DNA from: Takakia lepidozioides
Lineage: Eukaryota; Plantae; Bryophyta
DNA: 64,000 nucleotides
Reading direction: 5' to 3'
Assembly (NCBI GenBank): GCA_030704615.1
Contig: CM060731.1
Coordinates: 48,484,001-48,548,000 of the forward strand
Shown: positions 12,216 to 24,923 of the stretch, in pieces
How positions within the stretch are numbered: the stretch's first letter is position 1
Layout of the letters: each line of letters opens with the position of its first letter
Notes under the pieces: generated by a model
What the model saw: the letters and a program-made list of their open reading frames with translations, nothing else
Told to the model about the DNA's origin: nothing
Databases searched by the model: none
Position numbers and translations under genes: made by a program

Positions 12216-13697
12216 ATGGCCAAAAGCACGATGCGCAGATTCTTACGAGTACTGGGAATAGTTTCGGTTATACAATTTTGGTTTGCTGAAGTAGCCTTAG
12301 TTACAGCAACACAACTTGACAATGCGGCTTGTGAGGCAACGGTGCAAACGTGGTCTCAAATGGAGACAAAAAATGTGGAGGCGGATTTGGCTCAGCAAGA
12401 AACTCATCACAGATTGGAGATACAAAAATTTCTGTTCTTTCTGCATGTTCCTAGAACTGGCGGCCGAACATATAGCGATTGCTTACTCCATCAAATGGTC
12501 GGTCCAAAGCACTGGTGTAACAGCTCTTATGATGAGCTGCGCATTGATCTCAGCAAACCCAATTGCGGATTTTTGGCGACACACCATGATTATAGCATCT
12601 TGAGCAAATTGCCTTCCCACGAGGTATCGGTAGTGACTAGCATGCGTCATCCGCTACACCGCGTTTTAAGTGTGTACGAGTTTGCAGTGGAAGTGGCATC
12701 ACGCTTTTTGAGCGATCCAAGGCTAATCACAATGACAACCAAAATCTGGCCCTGGAAGTATCTAGTCCCTATGCTGCATCAGGACCTATTCGACCGTCGC
12801 GAGGCAAGGATGGGCGCAGTAGAGGTTCCTTCATCAGATCTCTCCTATGATGCACCATCGCTTGTCATGCCCCTAAAGGACTTCATCAATCACCCCATGT
12901 CCCAGGAATTAATACACAATGGTGCGACATTCCAGTTGGCAGGACTCACGAACAACTCGTTCACAGAAGGTGCAGAGACTCTTCGAAACTGTGTTGGACA
13001 CCATCCTCAGCTTGGTCGTCATATACTGAAGGTTGCGAAGAGGAGGTTGGATGCGATGTTGTTTGTGGCACTAACGGAAAGGCATCAGGAATCCGCTACC
13101 ATGTTTGCTCGTGCCATGGCTGACCACAGCTCGATTATACTGCAACCGACATCGGTGTATGACAAGTCACGGTTGCGAGATTTCCAGGACACAAAAAATG
13201 AGAGTACAGAGGAGATTAACTCAGATGATCTCACAGTTCTAAAGGAACAGCAGGTACAAGAGCTGCTCAAGAAATATATCGCATGCACTAGCCGTAAGCA
13301 GCAAGCGAATAAATCTTTTCAAGCCCTTGCTTCTGTCAACTTCTCCAGCGAGCAGCGAAAGCGCCTACCAGAGCAGTTGGTGGAGGAAATCTTGGCACTC
13401 AACAGTTTGGATGTGGAGCTTTATGCCCATGCACAATCTCTCTTTGCCGCACAAAAGCAGCATTTTCTTACGGCCTCGATGCCAGATGCAAGAGGTCGAC
13501 ACTCTGCCAGCCGCTCGAAAACATTGGGGCAAGACGCAATGGGAGATCCGTGGAAGATTGGGCATGGCTGGTTGGTATGTCTTATTGGGCTCACAGTGAC
13601 GGCTGCCTTTCACCTTAGATTCTTCTGTGTTCGACGAAATTCTCCAAGCGCAGGATTGAGGAAGCTATCGAAGGATGCTCATTGCCTACCAGGCTAG
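12216..13697 (+). CDS. TPST: Plant-type protein-tyrosine (tyrosylprotein) sulfotransferase, single coding exon
   Basis: 493-aa ORF with N-terminal signal peptide, FFLHVPRTGGRTY (5'-PSB), RVLSVYEFAVEVASRFL, IWPWKYLVP, IHNGATFQLAGLTNNS, LNSLDVELY and a C-terminal TM helix. Confidence 0.9.
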   Translation: MAKSTMRRFLRVLGIVSVIQFWFAEVALVTATQLDNAACEATVQTWSQMETKNVEADLAQQETHHRLEIQKFLFFLHVPRTGGRTYSDCLLHQMVGPKHWCNSSYDELRIDLSKPNCGFLATHHDYSILSKLPSHEVSVVTSMRHPLHRVLSVYEFAVEVASRFLSDPRLITMTTKIWPWKYLVPMLHQDLFDRREARMGAVEVPSSDLSYDAPSLVMPLKDFINHPMSQELIHNGATFQLAGLTNNSFTEGAETLRNCVGHHPQLGRHILKVAKRRLDAMLFVALTERHQESATMFARAMADHSSIILQPTSVYDKSRLRDFQDTKNESTEEINSDDLTVLKEQQVQELLKKYIACTSRKQQANKSFQALASVNFSSEQRKRLPEQLVEEILALNSLDVELYAHAQSLFAAQKQHFLTASMPDARGRHSASRSKTLGQDAMGDPWKIGHGWLVCLIGLTVTAAFHLRFFCVRRNSPSAGLRKLSKDAHCLPG

Positions 13698-14299
13698 TAG
13701 AACAGGATTGTAGTGCATCTGCAGATCATCCCTTCACCAGCTCGAACATGCATTTCCATCATGTACAAGTGTGCTTATATCATTGCCTCGGGTACAACTT
13801 TGAGCAACAGTGTATGCTGCTCGCATTTAGCGTGTACTAAGTTAGTTACTACATTCCTGTCGGGTTTGAACGTTTCATTCACAAGAAAACAAGCAGACAT
13901 TCATGTGATGCACAGGTGCTCGGATAAACATTGTTCAAGCTCATGTGCTTACTTTACCCAGCAAAATTAGGTGTTCCATCTTTCTAGTCACTGCCCTTAT
14001 CATGTACATGTCTAGAAAGCCAATTTGTGTAACATAGTTGCGCAAAGTTCATAGAAATGGTTTAGTCTATATACTTAAGGGATGTGTCATGCCCCCATTG
14101 CAAAGGTGGATCATGTGAAACATTCACAAGGTTTGAAACAAGTTAGCTTTGCAGCTACCAGAGAGACATTTGCAGGCAGGGAAAAGATCCAACATTGGAA
14201 GTATGCAGTTGTGTCTGTAGAGGGACACAGGAAATTAGTGAAACCCCCCACTTGAAACAATAAGCAACATGAGTACAGAGGCAACTATCTAAGCGTCAT

Positions 14300-14984
14300 T
14301 GGTGAGATGGTTGTCTGATATCCAGTTCAAAAAGAGAGCTTTTAGTTTTAGGGTACACGTATAGAGAACATCACCAATAGAGCAAGGATGCATACAAAAA
14401 CCCACAAACTCGAGACACAAACAGCCAGAAGGAAAGCTTCAACTAGGTATATACTGATCATCAGGGAGAGTTGGATTGAGGTAAAAGTAGGTACCCACAT
14501 GGGGATAAGAGGAAAACGTCAATCCCACTTGCCCAATGTTTCATAAGAACAATCAATCACAGACACTATCCCAGGTAAATATTAATGATACAAATTCTTG
14601 GGAAATGCGTGTACAGACTAGAAGAAGAAGGAAGACTCTTGCTGAAGCAAGCGTAACTTTCGGTGTCACATCACCCCGAAGGGCTAGTGCGGCTTGGACT
14701 ATGGTCTAATGGCCGTAACTGAGGGCAATGTGGTTGCCCAACCCTCCCTCAAGGACTCGAAGGCCCCCAGGTACCCACACATTGACCCAGGTACACCCCT
14801 TGTACAGAGACTACTATTGGCACGTTTTTCTCACCCATCTGAGGCCGACATGCTGAACAGAAGACAAGTGAAGGGAATGTTTCTTCAGTTCCAAGATTGC
14901 TAGGCATGTGCAACTTGAAGCCATCTCTGCTCATACATTCGACTCCAGACCATCTGTATCAATCACCAGCTGTCTCTGATACCA
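14300..14984 (-). mobile_element. Possible TRIM-like LTR remnant (PBS, short internal region, PPT-like end, LTR start at 14670); left boundary approximate
   Basis: Minus-strand TGGTATCAGAG at 14984-14974 and ...cccttcggggtga|TGTGACA at 14670. No second LTR seen. Confidence 0.3.
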
Positions 14985-15341
14985 ATAACAGTGTGAAATA
15001 AGTTCACGAGTTTCTAACATTTCTAGTGCCTCTGATAGAACAAACCTGCCAAACAAACACATAAGCAACAGGCTACCCATCTTTGCCTAAAATTTTGCGA
15101 AGAGATCTGTGTTATATTGGTGTGAACATACAAGACAACCAATTTTCTTTTCACCGGAGACTTCAAATTTTTTTGTGAGATGGCCCTCGTCGAAGAAGGG
15201 CATGAAAGTGTCCCCAAATGCAAAGTCAGAAAATCCTAGACAGCACAAACACAACAAACAGGGAAGCACCTTTCGTTGATCCATCCAAGTCACCAAGACA
15301 AGATTGGGCCCACCATGGTTGCCCATCATCAAATGACAGCT

Positions 15342-17140
15342 TCATGGCTTCACTTGTTCACGAATGGAAAGTTCCACCTCCTCCACCTTGCCAGTCATGG
15401 CAGAGGCCTCTGTGATGGTTACTTGGTTGGTACATTGTGAGAACTTAAACAACTCCCCTTCTACCCCTAGGGTAATTTCACCGGTAACGTCCGCGGCTGA
15501 AGTAGCTGATCTTGTCGCCCGCACTTCTCACTGTACAAAGAGAACACCAAACATCAAAGCCTTAACCAAATTCCACACCTCTACCTAAGGTCACCTTATT
15601 TGCTCTGCACTGAACGAGACAAGTTTCTGAGCAAGAGTCTCATCTAAGAACTGGGGAGCAACTCTCTCCCGGTATCTGCTGGAGAGACTTGCATAAAAAA
15701 CCAATGCCTCCAGTGGGTTGTTGTCCGGTAGATGATTGCTGGAATTTTCTTACAGGATGTCAAGGGGTTGCTTGCGTGATGTTTTGGTGATTGAGATTCA
15801 AATAAATCACAATGATGAGTAGAACACAGGAGGTGGCACGTCTGGGTAATATTTAATACAAGAAAACAATTCCTTCTGTACAACTCACAACATGAATAAA
15901 TACCTCCTCTTCGTTGCAACCGTTGTTAATTAACTCCAGTAATGGTGCAGAGAGAGCAGAAAGTGAAATCAAAACAAAAAGTAAGGCACCTACATTTCTT
16001 TTTCTAGTTGCTTGTGAATGAACTCCATGGAATGAGCAGTGACTTTGTCCATTTTGTTACAAACAAGTAGCACCGGGATCTTCTTCCTCACCACCACTGC
16101 CAAGTCAGCACCTCTACCTTCATGCATCCCACCTATATCTTGTTAGAAAGACCACCCATTTCTTGTTGAGAGACAAATGTATACTGATGCTTTCATCAAT
16201 AGTGCCTTGAAACACCTCCTTAATTCAAGCTTCAGGTAAGAGAGAGGAAGTGTGTACGGAACAGCAGGTCGAAGGTTGGGCATGAAATCAAGGGCATCCA
16301 CTACAAACACACAAGGCCACGTGCTTGTGGCAGGAAATCGTCGAGCTTGGGCCTTAGTCTGGCATGGCCTGGTACGTCCACAAGGTGGACTGGCTTTATC
16401 TTTCCCTTCTACACCCACAAACCTAGTCATGGTGCATATAAGCAACCATATCATGCTCTACACTCATGTTTAAAGTTACCAATGGGGAAGGATACTTGAT
16501 GTCCATCCTGCTTCTCAGATACCATGGTTGCATTTCACTGTTGTGCTAGCATCTGTTAAGTTCACAGCGTCCTACTTGAATGTGTAAGGCCTAGACAACC
16601 ATTTGAATGGACCCTAACAGTCATCACGCGCCCACATGCAGATCTACAATAAAATATGCTGGTGATGACATTCCTATGTGTATTAGTAGTGAAGTTCAAA
16701 GCATATAGCAGAAATTGATGCATGGATTGAATGACAAAAGACGGGTACCTTGGTTGACTCTGAGTGAAGAATGAAGCAGCCTTCATTAGGTTCCATGGAT
16801 GTTGCCATTCCTTGATGGGTTGTACCATCGCGTAGCTGGAGTCATTCCAATCCAACTTCTCAGGCTACATCATTTTCAAATGGTAATGCATGCTTTTGAA
16901 TTTAAGATAGAATATCACCGTATGTGTGATGGATAAAGGCATGTCAGCCATAGTTTTACTGCATCAGAGCAGACATTCTACTGACAGAAAGCAATCAATG
17001 CCCCACAACTCATGGCCCAAATGATAAGCAAAATTAGAAATTTGGCATACCTGATAAAAGAGCGCAGTCTTCCCAGCTCTACTTAACCCCACAAGTAAAA
17101 TGGTATTTGTCTTCTTCCGGTTGAATGCAACCCAGAAATG
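15342..17140 (-). pseudogene. SRPRB: Signal recognition particle receptor beta subunit GTPase domain; frameshifted; N-terminal TM exon absent
   Basis: Exons ~17140-17051 (RKKTNTILLVGLSRAGKTALFYQ), 16835-16749 (LRDGTTHQGMATSMEPNE), 16408-16258 (VHLVDVPGHARLRPKLD; extra GT causes a frameshift), ~16117-15994 (IPVLLVCNKMDK; small deletions) and ~15530-15342 (1-nt loss). Confidence 0.85.
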
Positions 17141-20097
17141 CTCTCTTTCATTTGAGTTCTTTGTCTGCAAAACCAGCAAAATCAACAATGTAAGTGCACC
17201 CAGAAAACACGTGCAACTTTGCAGAGGCTGAACTCTCATGAACAAATTACAATTCGGTTTTCTTGTAGTCTGTTAATGGAAGTGATCCCGGGGACTAAGT
17301 TTTCAGAGATGTCCATAAATCAGCCAGAACAAACAATGCCAATCAGTACAGTCTCTGCTAGATGCACGCAGCCAGGAATCCTATGTATATGCACGGGGGG
17401 GAGGGGAAGAAGGGTATCTGCACTCCATTGCCAATAGGAGCCTAGATTAAACCCTGCTCCAATATAAGCACCCAACTTGACACAAACCTGAACAAAGAAC
17501 AATCACTCACCAGTATGACAAGCAGGCGGAAAAAAAGGAACAACATCCACGAAGAGGTCAAGGGCATGCTTCACGTAGTCAAAGTCACCCCGGTTTGCCC
17601 TCTCAATGATCATTTGGGTGTCGAACAACACATAACCGACAAACAAAAGCAACCCTCCATATATCTGCAATCCACCTCCACCAACACTCATTACAAAGCT
17701 CAACAGACTTAAAAATTCATAATGTATCATGACGACTCAAACAACAAAATATATGATAGAACGACATCTGTTGTATGTTCCCTAGGTTAGAAGCCCTTCA
17801 TGCTGGAGAATAATCCTCATCCTATTCCTTACTCTAGAGATTCACAATATAAAGAGAACAAACATTACCGACGACAAGGAGAAAATAAGCCGCAGATTCT
17901 TAACAGGAGGAGACACCTGTCTGTCAATCTAGGTGTAATTACTGCTCAGCCACATTTAAGCAGAAAGAGGGAGGTAGAGAAGACAGGAAATACCTCCATG
18001 TTGTACATCAAAGCTCCACCACCAAACAACAAGGAGCCAAATTGGAGCAGCATCATGGTGCTAACAACTGATGACAAAACACCACCAAGAAACAAGTACT
18101 CGCGACGTCTTGCTAACAACGCTGCTCCAGAAAAGCAGGCAAAGATGGCCATTGATCCAAGGAATGCCATCACCACAATGCTGCCATATCACATTGAGAA
18201 TCAATACAGGAGTTAGTCTCAACATAAAGAAAACTAAGTATTTATAACCTGGTATCTACCGCTGTACCCGTCCACGTGGAATATTATATTTACCATCTTG
18301 TGCACAAGTAGGAATACACAAAACCTCCTGACATCAAGCTTCACTAATACAGTTAGAACTTGTTTCAGTTAAGAAACTTCTTGGCCAAATATGAGTGTGC
18401 TAAGCATGCACAACAATCTCCATCAGAAACATCTCACAAACGTGATACTCTACTCAAATTTGTTGAGAGAAATCACCCCTTAAAGTCAAACGAGATTAAC
18501 CAAATTAACTCAAGCAAGAGGTGCTTCTTCATATACGAAGTTGATGTATTATTGCCCCAATTCTCTGCTTTCAAACAAACAAAATTCTAATCTCTCATCC
18601 AAACCTAACAACACTTTTGAACTTCACCTGCACTTTTCAAACATCCATACCTTGGGTCGAAGTTAAGGACAGCCTCCACAAGTGTGCCAACAGAGGCACC
18701 TCGACAAAATGCAGCTGCTGCCAACAGCTTCAATCTCTTACCCTGCAAAAAGGAAGCCCATTCGTTTAATAAAAGGATCTGACATCCAGGGTGGAAGGAA
18801 AGGGCACAAAATTCATTTAACTAACATCTTCAAGGAGAGATCATGCTAAGAAATTTGGATTGGAAAACACCATGCCATCAGATATCTGGGCAAAGTGCCC
18901 CAATTACTAACCAAGATCGCACTTAATCCAAAAAGATCAACCAGAAAAAACTTCATAGCTTGATAACTACTGAGTTAGCTTAGGCAGGTAAAACCCCAAT
19001 CAAAGAAGAGACTGTACTCAGCTTGCCATAGCCTTCTGGCTATTGACCAACTGATCAAAGAAGAGAGAAAGAAAGAAAGACGAAACTTAATAACATCCAG
19101 AGAAGAGAATGTACTCATGCCATTCATGGGGAAGGTGTGGCTACAAGCCACAAAGTTGAGCCAATGAAACCAAGTGAAGTGATAAGACCTCCAATGTGCC
19201 ATAGTGTGTGGACATACGCTCCCAGTGCAGACACCAGAAGTGCAGCAGCCAAAGTCATATATACCTGTCACATCCAAATATAAAATTCAAACGTCATAAG
19301 CCCACCATAATAACTACTCTAACTCTACCCAAGGGCTTACTGTGTTGGTATCAAAGAGGAAAACTCATCAGGCAGAGGGTCAGGGAGCAGCCAACTACCA
19401 CCAACTCGGTCTCCAAACAGAATCCCATCACTGTTTTCGACTAGCTACACTGCCGTCAAAGAACCAACTATCGGGAAGCCTTGGTGGTGGTTGTGGTGGT
19501 CCACAACATAATGACTCAAAGGAGATGACCCTCAACATATATGATAGCCTGTTCAAAAAAGCTCGCCTATGGGACCATGTTATAAGATGGTTTTTGCTTC
19601 TACACGGATGCATACCAGATACTACGAGCAGCAGATATGAACTAGGAACACAAAACAGTAAACAACACCACATACTCCAGCGATCAAGCTCCATTCCCGA
19701 CCATAATAACCCTCTGCCACTCCCACATGAACAATTGCGTGTAGACTCCATATAACTCTAGTAAAATCTCTGATCGCTACACCCTAAACAACAATATGCC
19801 CGTGCCACCGCGAAAAATGAACAGACATATACGGAGATAACAGATCACCCTACGTACAATCTGCGATCAAACCTCCCGATTCCAGGAACACCCTTAAAAC
19901 GAGGGGAGGAAACTCGCGATCTGTTCATTCGCTATGTACCTAACACACGAACAGCTCTGGAATAGACAGCGCAGGCAACAATTAAATACCCTCTGCAGAT
20001 GATGCTGCACCGGAGCAGAAATCGAGTTGAAATTCTTGAGCGATCCATAGTTCCACCTGGACGGCCGACCCTCAAAGAACGATGATGCGTAATCCAT
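17141..20097 (-). pseudogene. BI1: Bax inhibitor-1 (TMBIM6 family), six exons, with lesions; last exon runs into SRPRB
   Basis: Exons 20097-19990, ~19264-19121 (in-frame TGA near its end), ~18742-18651, 18180-17994 (ARRREYLFLGG), 17664-17511 (FDTQMIIERA, DYVKHALDLF; frameshift near its end) and 17164 onward (TKNSNERE). Confidence 0.85.
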
Positions 20098-20393
20098 ACC
20101 AACAAACTAGAGCCGATCAGCAACGAGCAGTCTGTTCTCGTACCCACAATTCTGATCAAAACCTCAGAAACCCAATGCAACCAACACTGCAAACGACTTC
20201 ACCAATCCCTCCACACGGACCTTCCAACTCTTTTAGCAGCAATTCGATCTAATTACCATGGGGACATGTCATACCACACTGTACCATGTACCATGCCCAT
20301 GCCCATGCCATGGAATAGCATAGAGTTCGTATAGTAGAAACTAGAAACAGCACAGAGAGAGAGACAGCTTGGGAATGTAAGGCCTTGTGAGCG

Positions 20394-22622
20394 ATGGCAA
20401 GAGGGGATCCCGCTGATGGGAAGACTGAGAGAGCGAAGGAGGTGCTGGTGAGCCCGGGGGGCCGGCCCCTGGACTACCGTGGAAGTGAAGGATGTTTTGA
20501 CCGCATCATTTCTAGGACTCTTGCGGCAGGTTCTATCTCTGCCCCTGTTTCTGCTGGAATCAGCGTCTTTCAATTCGGGTTTAGGGAATGTGAATACCAA
20601 GATCTATCAGAAGCAGAGTTTGTTGAACAATCTGGTTGACATCCGTTTAGTGAATTACCAGCTAAATCAGGTGGGATACTGTGCTCGTTTCTTTTAAAAC
20701 CCCAACCATTAAGGTTATGGAGAACAGAATGTTAGATCCATGCGCTCCGGAGACTGGGTAGCTAATTCTGACGTACTGGAACTGAGGAAATCGGGAGCCG
20801 AAAAACGGATGTACACATGACGTTAAAGGTATGGAGGCAGGGAGACTAACAACGGATTCTGATACCGAAGGAATTTATGGTGGTGTAATTTCCCGTTATA
20901 TATTTGATCTATGGTTTCTGTGTATAAGCTCACGTTGCTATGCATGACAGAGAGGTGGCAAAGATTAGGGCTGTGAACCTGCCATTTCTGGATGCAGGAG
21001 CTACAACCAAACCCTATCGGGAAAGTCTTTGTGAAGGAGAGGAATCACTAATAATTGTGAGTTGGGATTATATTACAGGTGGTGTAGGAGCAGGAGCAGG
21101 AATGCTGGTGGCACTGGCAAGAGGCCAGCCTGCCCTGCAATTAACAGCATCTGTAGCTGCCAATTGCGCCCTTGCTGCATCATGCTTTTGTGGTCTCTCT
21201 CTCTCTCTCTCTTTTTCCTTGAAAAAGTGGCTCAGTTCTTTGTAGCAACAATCAAGAATTGCCTGATCCCTCTGGCTCTCTCTATATCCTCCAATATGGC
21301 AGCTAACACCATTCTTGGATTGTTTTAATCCTGTCGTGGTGTGAAGAAAGTGCTTTTTGAGCTGCACGGACATTCTTGTTTGTAGACAAGGAGAATGGTA
21401 CGTCATTGAAGGTTCCTAAAACAAGACATTTGATGGCGAACTAAGACATGATATCTTGTGCTAGGCCCTATAGCAGCAGCATAATGGAGTAAATGTGTAC
21501 ACCTTCTACATGATCCGGTCAATGTACATTGCTCTCAACGGAGACTTTGACCTCGATTTGTATGCTTGGCTTAGGAATCAAAGGTCCGATTGTCAGGCTG
21601 AAGGGCAGATCTCTCGTAGAAGGGGTGAAGAGTAGGGATGGAAGGGTTAGTTTATAAAATAATGTGTGGGTGGTTCCAGGAGCACAGGAGGTGACCCGGG
21701 AGTTGCGAGCCGCTGATCCAGAGGACTGGGTCAACTGTGTATTGGCAGGGCTGGCTAGTGGTGCCCTTCTCGGGCACCTGCAAGGTCTTACATCGTCAAT
21801 CACACCTATGAACCCTTATATTTTTGTTGCAATTCATACAGTATGGTGTACTCCCTCACCCCCTCCTCAATCTGACTCCCTCATTTGGCCCCCTCTGGCA
21901 TGCTTTGACTGGGACTAAAATTTGTAGCTGTAAGAATGGTCTCAGCTGGTCATTGCTGAGACTGAAACTTGATAGGATTCTGCCCCATAATTTTAGGGAG
22001 TGCACCTAAGCAATGCTTTCAAACATGACCTCCTAGATGAGAGTAATTAAAGACACTAGGATCAGAACGATCGACCCCCTTGTTTGAAATGATCCAATCA
22101 TATAACTATCATGCTATCTGTACTAATTTGTAGTGACATCTGTTTTGTCCGAAAGTTTGGCATCTTAAATTGGAAACAGTTAATAGGCGTGGCTGCAGCA
22201 ACCAATGGTTGTCAGACATGTTTGCAAAGGGTCGAACTCCAATGAGATGGATGTGGCTGAGTCTGTTGGTGGGGTCCTCAGCAGGACCAAAGAGAGCACT
22301 TCCCTGTGCACTTTTATTTGCTGGGGTTGGGACTGGAGCACAGCTTGGGGTCATCCAGTTCCGGGAGTATCGGCTTCGTCATTTTCTTGCTACAGTGTCT
22401 TCAGAAACCGTGACAGGGCAACCTGTCTCTCTCCCCCAAGCAGCACTTAAAGAGAAGGAGACAGGGCAAGAGCAAGTCTGGTGGAAGTGGCCTGACTGGG
22501 CCCCAATCCAGAAACTGGATGAGGAAGAGGCTTTGAAGCGTGCCCAAGAGAAGCAGCAAAAGCTCCGTGACACTCTGGAAGGATTGCATTCTGGAGCTTT
22601 TTTTAAAGATCAAAGACCTTAG
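20394..22622 (+). CDS. Tim17/Tim22/Tim23 (PRAT) family membrane protein, At3g25120-like; exons 20394-20529, 21079-21192, 21680-21784, 22282(or 22285)-22622
   Basis: Phase-consistent GT-AG exons; GxxxG-rich helices; motifs CFCGAQEVTRELR, DWVNCVLAGLASGALLGHLQ and WAPIQKLDEEEA. NAGNAG acceptor at exon 4. Confidence 0.82.
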
Positions 22623-23223
22623 TACACTGTCAATCTGATTGTCTGTGTGCCTCACATTGAATCTTTGTTGTTGATCAACATTTGCACTAGAGTGCTAGAG
22701 CTTAGGTGAAGCCTGAACTTCTACCAACTGAGAGGAGGCTTCATTGAAGGTTTCTAAGATATGTTAGGCACTGAGCAGGGCCAGCTTACTATGACTCCAA
22801 AAAATGTCCCCTGTTTCTGCTGGAATCAGCGTCTTATTTTTTGCAACGGGTATCCTTTGTGTTACTGGACAGTCATTTTTCTAGTCGTAAACTTGACGAT
22901 ATGAACTACATCCTGTTTTCATATTTCACTAGGGTAGCCTGTGCCGTTGGCCCAAGTGTCCAGTATCATCTAAGTCCAAGTGCAATCTCCTATGTACCCA
23001 AAAGACCTTGTAGTTTGGGAGATATAGGCCGGTAGCATGTGCCATTGGCCCCTGTGTGAAGAATTGAAATCTAAGCCTAAGTGCAATCTCCTATGTATCC
23101 AAGTGCTTCTCGCCCAAGTGCGACCTTCAGTGCCCAATGTCATCTAAGTCCAAGTGCAATCCCAAAGCCCACTTTGCTATTTTTGCAATCTCCCCTGTCG
23201 AGGCTTCATATACTCCGTCTCTA

Positions 23224-24740
23224 AATTTTATGAAACCAAGTTGATGCACCCCTACTCATCGAGGGCTTTCCAACGGTACCAAATCGTGGCCAGAGGCCCC
23301 GCGGTTTGGAGGCCATCTAAGCTCAAATTCAATCTCATATTATCGATGGATAATATGTTGGCCACTGTGTCTTCCATGTAGACGCCCAAGTGCGACCTCG
23401 AGTGTCCTTCCAACACTTAATTTTGTAATTTAGTTGAATTTCTAGAGACCAAATTTTATGAAACCAAGTTGATGCACTCGGGCATACTCATCGAGGGCTT
23501 TCCAAGGGTACCGAAACCGTGGCCAAAGGCCCCGCGGTTTGGGAGATCTCAACGACGCTACAAAACATATTGTGAACGCCAATATTCTAAAATGACAACA
23601 AGCATGTAGCCCAATGCCCCCTACCTACCACGCCAGTCTAAGTATGAACTATTTTCATACGGGGCTTGAGATCCGTATCGAGGATTGATGAACCCAAGCT
23701 AGCATGGGTATGTGTAATGATGCAATTTTTTTGTGCTTATCCTCAATCACATTTGTGCAATGTAAAAAATAGCCCTATATCTTTGGGCTCCCAGCATGGC
23801 ATCACTGATTTGAGCCGCTGCAGTCATATATCCCGACCACTACAACATGGATAAAATATAATTAAAAATAACAATAGGGGTTTGTCGGTACAAATATCGA
23901 AGACATGTAAAAATAACATGAAGTTAACTTTAAAATACCATAATATATAATGTGATTATCGAAGATAGAATCCATTAAAAACGTACCATTGTACGTACTG
24001 CCCCAATATGTCATTTGAGTTTTTATCATACCCATGCCTACGACCACGGTATCTCAAAATTCGAAATACCCATACCCATCCTATAACCTACCCTCCTGGC
24101 CAGTCCTAATCTACCCCGGGCCCTATTAGTTGGACCCAAGAGCCAAGTTGGACCTACCAGGACCAGTTATGCCAAAAATGGACATACCAACACAACACTG
24201 GTGTCCACCTTTCAGCTGGAAGGCAGTCACCCTTGTGGTGAAGAAATACCATAGTTTACGCTCCATTCGGGAGGCGTCTATATTTTTTTTTTTTTTTTTT
24301 CCTAAAATGACCGAGTTTACATTTATATCCACTGCCATAAAAGAGAAATGAAGGGGCATTGTTGCAAGAAAGTCCACTTTGCCATTTTTCACGAATTTCC
24401 CGCGACCAAAAGTACTCGAAATTCGTTTTAGACATATCTAATCATTTTTTTTTTCAGAGAGCCTACGACCGGATTTGAACCGGAGACCTTTCCCTTGATA
24501 TCTCTCCTGTCGAGGCTCCAATCATTGTCCCAGCAAAGCCCATTTTGCTATTTTCCGAATTCTGCGACCCAAAGTACTTGAAATTCGACATCTCCCACAC
24601 CGCAGGTCTAAAAATCATGAGACCAAGCCGGTGCACCCCTCCGCCTCGAGGGCTTTCCAAAGGGACCAAACACCAGCGTTGGGGCCCCGCGGTTTGGGAC
24701 ATCTCAATGCTAAAAAACAAAACAAACAAAACAAAACAAG
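23224..24740. repeat. Dispersed ~90-bp repeat family, 3 copies (~23224-23312, ~23452-23550, ~24622-24740)
   Basis: Shared core accaag..g.tgcac..ctc.tcgagggctttcca..g.tacc..ggccccgcggtttgg. The last copy ends in (caaaa)n. Confidence 0.7.
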
Positions 24741-24923
24741 GCGTGACATACACGTTGGATGAAAGATAAATTAATATTTTTTAATTGTTGGTAACAGAAT
24801 GCGTATAATTGTATTAATGTTCAACGGGCTGACAAACATTAACGTTTGACAAATGATTTTCAAGTAAAATTTCAGCTTGAAATTGGTTTTGTATATGAGA
24901 TTGTCTTGTTGTAAAAGACGGGA

